Virus record (IMG/VR): IMGVR_UViG_3300006793_000044
Span: 1-53,147 of that record
Length of the DNA stretch: 53,147 bases
Reading direction: 5' to 3' (one strand)
DNA from: a virus
Taxonomy: Duplodnaviria > Caudoviricetes
Below, piece after piece: positions 46,123 to 53,147 of the stretch (the first letter of the stretch is position 1; the number at the start of each line of letters is the position of its first letter). The notes under the pieces are model-generated. The model saw only the letters and a program-made list of their open reading frames with translations, made no database searches and had not been told where the DNA came from. A program made the translations under genes and the position numbers.

Positions 46123-46159
46123 AATTCTATCTTATGAGGTAATTATATTACCTTAGTTA

Positions 46160-46280
46160 TAAAACCAGAGCCGCTATTAGCCTACCTCTCGTTTTATCCA
46201 TTCCAAAGAATCAGACACTTAGTCCACCAGTACAACTCTGGCCCGTGTTCTCACGCAACCCAGCCGTAAGTACTGCCACT
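46160..46280 (+). ncRNA. Structured capsid mRNA leader with three CHAC/CC internal loops
   Basis: Stems AGAG/CTCT, AGT..CAGTAC/GTACTG..ACT and CTGG..CGTG/CACG..CCAG, each interrupted by the same loop. Confidence 0.6.
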
Positions 46281-46343
46281 CGATTGTCCTCTTCGGAAAT
46301 TGTTTGGGCGCTTAGCGCCCTGCCATTTCAAAGGAGAATCCAA

Positions 46344-47417
46344 ATGGCATTTAGTTCAGCAACAGGGCACGGTAACCTGCCCAACGGCGCGTTCAGTAGC
46401 GTAATCTACTCGAAAAAAGTCCAGTCTGCCTTCAGAAAAAGTACCGTTGTCGGTGATATCACCAACAGTGATTATTTTGGCGACATCAATGGTCAAGGGG
46501 ACACAGTTCGCATAATAAAAGAGCCTGAAATTTCGGTCTCTGAGTATAAGCGTGGAACCACAGTAAACGCACAAGACCTTGATGACACAGACTTTTCTTT
46601 AGTTATCGACAAAGCAAACTACTATGCTTTCAAGATGGATGACATTGAAGAAAATATGTCACATGTGAATTTTATTCAGCTCGCAACGGATCGTGCTGCT
46701 TATCGTCTGGCCGATAATTATGACCAAGAAGTTCTTGGTTATTTGGCTGGTTATAAGCAAGCAGCTTTGCATGAAGTAGCAAGCGCACTAAATACCACTG
46801 TGAACGGTGATAAAGCTGTCACAACAGCTGGCTCGAATGAGTTGCTTTCAAGTATGCAGCTCAAGAAAAGTGACTTCGGCAACATCACAACAAGCTCCGC
46901 TGGCGATCATTCGATCCCACTGGCAGCTCGGTTGCCCGGTGCTACCGCACTGCCCACAGCTACAGCCTCACCAGCAATGCTTGTCGCTCGCATGAAGCGT
47001 CTTATGGATCAACAGCAAGTCGATACCCAAGGGCGCTGGCTTTGTGTGGACCCGGTGTTTTTAGAAATCCTCGCAGACGAGGACTCACGATTCATGAATG
47101 GGGACTTCGGCGAGAGCGGCGGTCTACGCAATGGTTTGACTATTAAGAATTTCCACGGTTTCCGGGTTTATTCTTCTAGCAACCTTCCAGCAGTAGGTAC
47201 TGGCGCAGGAACATCTGGATCTGCAAACCAAAATACAAACTTCGGAGTGATAGTTGCAGGGCACGATAGTGCTGTAGCAACAGCCGAGCAGCTGTCCAAA
47301 ACGGAAACATACCGTGATCCAGACAGCTTTGCAGATATCGTTAGAGGTATGCATCTCTACGGTAGAAAGATTCTTCGTCCAGAAGCAATCGTAACCGCCA
47401 AATACAACGCAGCATAA
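46344..47417 (+). CDS. Major capsid protein
   Basis: NLPNG.F...IYSKKV, GDTVRIIKEP, FADIVRGMHLYG motifs; ATG 46344 after AAGGAG. Confidence 0.92.
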   Translation: MAFSSATGHGNLPNGAFSSVIYSKKVQSAFRKSTVVGDITNSDYFGDINGQGDTVRIIKEPEISVSEYKRGTTVNAQDLDDTDFSLVIDKANYYAFKMDDIEENMSHVNFIQLATDRAAYRLADNYDQEVLGYLAGYKQAALHEVASALNTTVNGDKAVTTAGSNELLSSMQLKKSDFGNITTSSAGDHSIPLAARLPGATALPTATASPAMLVARMKRLMDQQQVDTQGRWLCVDPVFLEILADEDSRFMNGDFGESGGLRNGLTIKNFHGFRVYSSSNLPAVGTGAGTSGSANQNTNFGVIVAGHDSAVATAEQLSKTETYRDPDSFADIVRGMHLYGRKILRPEAIVTAKYNAA

Positions 47418-47429
47418 GGGAGATTTACA

Positions 47430-47933
47430 ATGGCTAACTTAGCAACTGCAGATCACGCTGCACAAGGCAACAGCGCACGGGGACGTTCTCCGTACATGGT
47501 GCAAAACACTATCGACATTGCAGCTGCAATTGTTCTCAAAGGCAGCGACTTCGCTGCTAATGACACAATGGAAGTTTTGAATGTTCCAGCGGGAACAGTC
47601 ATTCTTTCGGCGGGTATTGAGATCATGACACAGCTCGATGGTACTTGTACCCTAGACATGGGCTTTACTGGAGGATCTCCAGCTGCTGTCGATGTCTTTG
47701 TCGATGGTTTGGATGTCGTGGGAGGTGCCGTAGGCGCTTATGGTACTACACCAGCCACCGAAGCTGCCCAAGTGCAGGTAATATCTTCAGATGACACTAT
47801 CGATGTGAAATTTGCCACAGAGACAGATGTTACAAGTGGCAAGCTCCGTTTTTGGGCCATCCTAATGGATGTCTCAGACATGGGTGCCCACGACATGATA
47901 GCTGCTACAGCTGATCGTGATTACCTCGCATAA
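47430..47933 (+). CDS. Minor capsid/decoration protein
   Basis: Beta-rich ORF directly after capsid, before terminator. Confidence 0.65.
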   Translation: MANLATADHAAQGNSARGRSPYMVQNTIDIAAAIVLKGSDFAANDTMEVLNVPAGTVILSAGIEIMTQLDGTCTLDMGFTGGSPAAVDVFVDGLDVVGGAVGAYGTTPATEAAQVQVISSDDTIDVKFATETDVTSGKLRFWAILMDVSDMGAHDMIAATADRDYLA

Positions 47934-47939
47934 AAACTT

Positions 47940-47976
47940 TGGGGCTGGTTTAATCGCTGGCCCCATTCACTTTTTT
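47940..47976 (+). terminator. Terminator after capsid operon
   Basis: TGGGGCTGG/CTGGCCCCA stem followed shortly by T run. Confidence 0.6.
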
Positions 47977-47987
47977 GAAAGTTTGTT

Positions 47988-48677
47988 ATGGCTAGCACAT
48001 ACCTCAGTTTATGTAATCAGGTTCTTCGCCGCCTCAATGAGGTGGAGATTGTGGCTTCTGAGTTTGTGGATGTTGTTGGCGTACAAGCCCTAGTTAAAGA
48101 CGCAGTCAAAGCTTCTGTTGCGCGACTATCGCAACAAGAATATGAATGGCCATTTAATGCGGCCAGCCATACGCAAGCATTAACTGCCGGGACTTCAGAG
48201 TATTCTTGGCCTACATCATTTAAAGCTGTGGATTGGAACTCGTTCCAGATACAGGAAGACACCACCCTCGGTTCAGCCTACAAATCTCTAAAATTTATGG
48301 AGCGAGATGAATGGTACAGGAACCACAGAGACGATGATTACCGCGCAGGAAGCGCGGGTAGAGGAATACCTGATAATGTATTTCCAAGTCATGGTAGTGG
48401 CTGGGGCGTAACGATTTCCCCAAATGCTGCCTACTCAGTCATTTTTAAATATTACTTAGATTTTTCTACTATTTCAGCCTTTGATGACGTTACCCGTATT
48501 CCAACCTCATTTGATCCTGTGTTGGTGGATGGTGCGCTGTACCACATGTATTTGTTCAAAGATAATACTGAGAACGCCCAAGCGGCGTTTTTAACTTTTG
48601 AGCAGGGCATTAAGAACCTGCAGAGCATCTATATAAACAATTATGCTAGTATTTCAGACACTCGGATAAGGTTCTAA
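47988..48677 (+). CDS. Head-tail adaptor (tail tubular protein A-like)
   Basis: TYLSLCNQVLRRLNE N-terminus, EWPF; position. Confidence 0.8.
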   Translation: MASTYLSLCNQVLRRLNEVEIVASEFVDVVGVQALVKDAVKASVARLSQQEYEWPFNAASHTQALTAGTSEYSWPTSFKAVDWNSFQIQEDTTLGSAYKSLKFMERDEWYRNHRDDDYRAGSAGRGIPDNVFPSHGSGWGVTISPNAAYSVIFKYYLDFSTISAFDDVTRIPTSFDPVLVDGALYHMYLFKDNTENAQAAFLTFEQGIKNLQSIYINNYASISDTRIRF

Positions 48678-50347
48678 TGCCTGACCAAATCCAATCATTC
48701 AGATTAAATTGTTCCGGGGGGCTCAACAGTAACGAGAACCACCTAGATCTATCTGAGAATAAGCCGGGGTCTGCTACCCGGCTCATCAATTATGAGCCCA
48801 GCCTATTTGGCGGTTATCGCAGGATCGATGGCTACTCAAAATATGACGCAGATTACGGTGAAGTTACTGTTGCAGGATCTACTACTGGCCAAGGCGAAGT
48901 TCTTGGTATTTGCATATTTAAAAATGACGTTACGGGCGCAACCGATATAATCGCCGCTAGACAGGACGCCGGGGCAACTAACTACAGTTTCTATTATTAC
49001 ACAGCAGATATTGGCTGGCGCAAATTCACACTCGATCACAGTGTGACTCGACCAATGACCGCCAACAGCCTGACGGTAAAAAAACTAAGACACGCTCAGT
49101 TCAACTTCGGCAGTGGCAACACCGTTATTTTTGTTGACGGGGTAAACCCGGCAATCGTCTATAATGGGACTAATTGGAAAGAAATAAAATCAAGCCACTC
49201 TGGTGGGTATGACGCGAGTAACAATACCGCTGGAGGTAATCAAGCGTTAAACGCCCCAGCCTTAGTGGATGTTTTTGAGAACCATGTTTTTTTAGCTGGT
49301 CATGCGGCCACGGGTGCGGCGGTAGCTTATAGCAAACCGAATGACGCCTATACATGGACCGCTGCAGCTGGGGCTGGACAGCTAACCGCTGGCTTCGATT
49401 GCGTACAGATAAAGCCTTTTAGAGATAACCTATTTCTGTTTGGTAGTAACAATATCAAAAAGGTTGTCGTAAGCTCAGCTGGGGCGTTTTCCTTAGAAAA
49501 CGTAACAGCGAATGTAGGGTGTGTTGCCCCAGATAGTGTGCAAGAAATTGGTGGGGATTTACTATTTTTAGCGCCTGATGGTTTTCGGCCCGTGGCGGGT
49601 ACGTCACGAATTGGTGATATTGAAATTCAAACAGTTAGTAAGGCCATCCAGAGTAAGCTTGTTGATACAATTGCTAACTTCGATATGAGCGAGCTGAACG
49701 GCGTTGTGATTAGATCTAAAAGCCAAGTACGTTATTTTATTGGTGACGATAGCGACTTTGCATCTTCATCAGATGGAGTGGGCTTCATAGGCGGTCTAAC
49801 GGATAGCTCTGGGGCTATTTCATGGGAGTTTGGGGAGCTTCTCGGGATAAGGGCCAGTTGTTGTACCAGTGATTACGTGGGCACATCAGAGCTGATTTTA
49901 CACGGTGATTACGATGGTAAAGTCTACGCTCAAGAAAGCGGTACATCTTTCGATGGGGACGATATAATTGCAGTTTATTCTACTCCATACTTAGATTTTG
50001 GGGAAACAGAGCAACGTAAGATAATCCGCAAAATTAACACATTTATCCGGGCTGAAGGGCCTTTGGAAATGTTGTTATCCGTTACTTACGATTGGGGCGA
50101 TAGCAATACAGCTGCTCCGAATACTTACACTCAAAGCTCTTCTGGGGCTCCAACTATTTTTTCGGGTAGGGGCATTAACTACGGGGCTACTAACGTCATT
50201 TATGGCGGCTCAACAAAACCAATAATTACATCAAGTGTGCAGGGCTCTGGCTTCGCCACCCAAGCGACATTTGTGACGGTAGGGACAAACAGCGGATACA
50301 CAATCCAAGGCATTGTGTTTGAATTTAGCGCTGCAGGGAGAAGATAA
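48677..50347 (+). CDS. Tail nozzle/stabilisation protein (tail tubular protein B-like)
   Basis: GGLN, NYEP...GGYRRI, GC.A.DS.QE.GGD..FLAPDG.R motifs. Confidence 0.8.
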   Translation: MPDQIQSFRLNCSGGLNSNENHLDLSENKPGSATRLINYEPSLFGGYRRIDGYSKYDADYGEVTVAGSTTGQGEVLGICIFKNDVTGATDIIAARQDAGATNYSFYYYTADIGWRKFTLDHSVTRPMTANSLTVKKLRHAQFNFGSGNTVIFVDGVNPAIVYNGTNWKEIKSSHSGGYDASNNTAGGNQALNAPALVDVFENHVFLAGHAATGAAVAYSKPNDAYTWTAAAGAGQLTAGFDCVQIKPFRDNLFLFGSNNIKKVVVSSAGAFSLENVTANVGCVAPDSVQEIGGDLLFLAPDGFRPVAGTSRIGDIEIQTVSKAIQSKLVDTIANFDMSELNGVVIRSKSQVRYFIGDDSDFASSSDGVGFIGGLTDSSGAISWEFGELLGIRASCCTSDYVGTSELILHGDYDGKVYAQESGTSFDGDDIIAVYSTPYLDFGETEQRKIIRKINTFIRAEGPLEMLLSVTYDWGDSNTAAPNTYTQSSSGAPTIFSGRGINYGATNVIYGGSTKPIITSSVQGSGFATQATFVTVGTNSGYTIQGIVFEFSAAGRR

Positions 50348-53147
50348 TGGCAGGATATACTCGGCAATCGTCGGCATCAATTACATCAGGCGCTAATATT
50401 ACAGCAGCGCCTATAAACGCTGAGTTCAATCAGGTTTTGGCTGGGTTTAACAATAGCACAGGCCACAAACACGATGGCACAGAAGCCGAAGGGCCGGTCA
50501 TTGGACTAATCGGTGATCCCGGCGTTACAACCCCACTGAATAAAGTTGTAGTTGATAACACTAATAATAGAGTTGGCGTCTTTGTAGACGCTGGCGGTGC
50601 AGGATCGACTGTCGAGCAAGTCCGATTCCAGGACGGTGCTATTGTTCCTGTTACAGATAGCGACATCGATCTGGGAACCTCATCAGTCGAATTTAAAGAC
50701 TTGTTCTTAGACGGCACAGCGCATGTAGATACTCTGGATGTGGATGTTAACGCTGGTATTATCGGCAACCTCACAGTCGGTGGTAACACCACGCTCGGTG
50801 ATGCCGCATCCGATACAGTTACTGTAACGGCTGATGTAGCTTCCCCTCTGATCCCCTCTGCTGATGATACATATGACCTAGGAGCAACTGGCTCAGAATG
50901 GCGTAATTTGTACATCGATGGCACTGCAAATATCGATGCTCTTGTAGCTGATACTGCCGACATAAATGGTGGCTCAATTGATGGAGTCACTATCGGTGCC
51001 GCAAGTGCCGGGGCTATAACAGGTACTGCTATCACGGGTACAAGTTTCGTTATCGGCTCTGCTGACATCAACGAAGCTGAATTAGAAACTATTGACGGCG
51101 TAACAGCAGGAACTGTTGCAGCATCTAAGGCTGTAGTTGTCGATAGCAACAAAGATTTTACTGGCGCAAGAAACGTAACAATCACTGGGGAACTTGATGC
51201 TGGTTCTTTAGATGTGTCAGGCGATGTCGATGTAGATGGTACGCTGGAAACTGATGCACTTAGCATAAATGGTACGGCAATTTCTGCGACAGCGGCTGAA
51301 CTAAATATCATGGATGGTGATACATCTGCTACATCAACCACTCTCGTAGATGCAGACAGATTCATTGTGAACGATAACGGCACCATGAAACAGGTAGCAC
51401 TGCCTAATCTGACTACTTATTTGGGTGGTAATTTAAATATTCTGTCTAGTGTGACTGCCGTTGGTGCATTAGACAGCGGAAGCATAACTAGTGGTTTCGG
51501 GACAATAAATACTGGTTCTAGCACTATTACCACTACAGGTAATATTACAGGCGGTAATGTAATTATTAGTGACGGTGGTAACATTGGCTCTTCCAGCGAT
51601 ACTGATGCTATTGCTATTGCCTCTGGCGGTAATGTTACTGTCTCGCAGGACTTGATAATCACAGGAAATCTGACAGTCGGCGGCACCCAAACAGTCGTTG
51701 ATACGGTGACTATGAACGCTGCTAATGCGGTGGTATTCGAAGGTGCTACTGCAGATGACCATGAGACTACGCTTACAATAGTTGATCCAACCGCTGACCG
51801 CACAATCAATTTACCAAATCAATCTGGTACACTCCCCGTTTTAGCGGCGGCAAGCAACGATCAGGTCACGGCAACTCCTGCAGAGTTGTCGATACTGGAT
51901 GGCGATACATCAGCAACTTCTACGACTGTAGCTGACGCTGATCGTGTTGTACTCAACGATAACGGCACTATGAAACAGGTTGCCGTAACAGACCTATCTG
52001 CATATTTTGATGATGAAATTACGGCTATGCCTAATTTGGTCACTACAGCCGCTACCACAGTAGGTGCCTTGAACAGCGGTTCAATTACGTCCGGGTTTGG
52101 TGCCATTGATAATGGCTCATCTGCCATTACTACAACTGGAACGATAACCTACGGCACATTGTCTGATGGCTCTATAAATATTACCGCTTTCGTTGATGAA
52201 GACAACATGGCAAGTAATTCTGCCACACTTATTCCTACTCAACAGTCAGTAAAAGCATATGTAGACTCAGTTAATGGTACATCTAATAACGTCACTGGCC
52301 TCAACGCTACAGGCGCAGAGATTAATACTGTAGCTGATCCAGATACGGCAATTGGTACAACAGCCGTAGCTGGTGGCGATGGGATCGTCACGCAAGATAC
52401 CTCTGGCAATGTGATGCTGCAGACAACGGTTGATACGTTTGATACCTACCTTGCCCAAACCACAAAAACGCTAACGAATAAAACTCTGACCAGCCCAGTA
52501 GTCACGGGAATGCATCTGAATGACTCAGGCTTTACCGTTGAAGGTTCGGCTGCAGATGGCAATGAGACTACGGTAGCATTCACTAACCCGACTGCAGATC
52601 GTACTATTACCTTCCCAAATGCTACTGGCACTGTTGCTATGGCAGGGGATGTCTTGCCACTATCGGGCGGCACGATGACGGGCAACTTGTCTCTGGGCGA
52701 TAACGTCAAGGCGACTTTTGGTGCTGGTGATTTAGAGATTTACCATTCTGGTGCATCATCTTATATTAAAGACGAAGGAACAGGTCAGCTAAACATCTCA
52801 ACAAACGGTACAGATGTAAGATTAACGTCCGCTATAGGTGAGCGTATGTTATTAGCAAGGCCAGATGCTGAGGTTGAGTTATATTACGATGGTTCGCAGA
52901 AGTTAGAAACAACAGCCACAGGCATAGACGTAACAGGCACAGTCCAAGCAGACCAGTTTAACAACGACGAGGCACTGCCAGATGTACGCCCTAGCTTGCT
53001 CTTGGACTTTGCGAACAGCAAAACGCTAGACCCACGGATTACGTTTACCAGAGGCAGCACTGCGACATTCTACGATGGTAAGACCACTGCTAAGGCAGAG
53101 GAGAATTTGCATGAACAATCGCAGGCGTTTCACACATCACCGTGGGA
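50347..53147 (+). CDS. Long tail fibre protein (3' truncated; absent from ORF track because it has no stop)
   Basis: MAGYTRQS...GHKHDGT N-terminal anchor; G/T/S/A-rich with internal repeats; same frame at 52981 reads DVRPSLLLDF. Confidence 0.85.
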   Translation, partial: MAGYTRQSSASITSGANITAAPINAEFNQVLAGFNNSTGHKHDGTEAEGPVIGLIGDPGVTTPLNKVVVDNTNNRVGVFVDAGGAGSTVEQVRFQDGAIVPVTDSDIDLGTSSVEFKDLFLDGTAHVDTLDVDVNAGIIGNLTVGGNTTLGDAASDTVTVTADVASPLIPSADDTYDLGATGSEWRNLYIDGTANIDALVADTADINGGSIDGVTIGAASAGAITGTAITGTSFVIGSADINEAELETIDGVTAGTVAASKAVVVDSNKDFTGARNVTITGELDAGSLDVSGDVDVDGTLETDALSINGTAISATAAELNIMDGDTSATSTTLVDADRFIVNDNGTMKQVALPNLTTYLGGNLNILSSVTAVGALDSGSITSGFGTINTGSSTITTTGNITGGNVIISDGGNIGSSSDTDAIAIASGGNVTVSQDLIITGNLTVGGTQTVVDTVTMNAANAVVFEGATADDHETTLTIVDPTADRTINLPNQSGTLPVLAAASNDQVTATPAELSILDGDTSATSTTVADADRVVLNDNGTMKQVAVTDLSAYFDDEITAMPNLVTTAATTVGALNSGSITSGFGAIDNGSSAITTTGTITYGTLSDGSINITAFVDEDNMASNSATLIPTQQSVKAYVDSVNGTSNNVTGLNATGAEINTVADPDTAIGTTAVAGGDGIVTQDTSGNVMLQTTVDTFDTYLAQTTKTLTNKTLTSPVVTGMHLNDSGFTVEGSAADGNETTVAFTNPTADRTITFPNATGTVAMAGDVLPLSGGTMTGNLSLGDNVKATFGAGDLEIYHSGASSYIKDEGTGQLNISTNGTDVRLTSAIGERMLLARPDAEVELYYDGSQKLETTATGIDVTGTVQADQFNNDEALPDVRPSLLLDFANSKTLDPRITFTRGSTATFYDGKTTAKAEENLHEQSQAFHTSPW

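Noticed and set aside
46332-46346. Capsid RBS (AGGAGAATCCAAATG) as another sRNA target
   Set aside because: Only GGAGAA matches the seed; too short to distinguish from an ordinary SD.
50430-52709. Long minus-strand ORFs (318 aa and others)
   Set aside because: Antisense shadows of the plus-strand tail fibre gene starting at 50347.
1-53147. Diversity-generating retroelement or phage RNA polymerase
   Set aside because: No reverse transcriptase or T7-like RNAP motifs seen; tail fibre repeats differ at all base types rather than only at adenines.

Overview
A near-complete 53 kb genome of a temperate, podovirus-like marine phage of the HMO-2011 type, probably infecting an alphaproteobacterium. 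The assignment rests on a family A DNA polymerase with an inserted DnaJ-like CXXCXGXG pair, class II RNR, a tyrosine integrase and a tRNA-fMet-type attP core. The window starts and ends inside tail-fibre genes. Layout: tail, lysis and internal virion genes (+, 1-13.2 kb); replication and nucleotide metabolism (-, 13.4-23.4 kb); attP, small genes and integrase (-, 23.4-26.4 kb); an early/accessory island with gp88-, DUF932- and DUF2958-like genes (+, 27.2-31.3 kb); a palindrome-rich non-coding block that may be the genome end; then packaging, head and tail genes (+). The main non-obvious signal is an RNA-based regulatory layer. (1) A ~70 nt sigma70-promoted, terminator-bounded small RNA at 13215-13284 (-) has a loop perfectly complementary to a GGAGAACGACCA ribosome-binding motif shared by four early genes, and partly complementary to the integrase leader. 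(2) A second, anti-SD type sRNA candidate lies at ~26.95 kb and a DUF1127 small protein at 33.36 kb. (3) Four copies of a CHAC/CC internal-loop RNA motif sit in the scaffold and capsid leaders. All protein family calls come from motif recognition by eye, not database searches.
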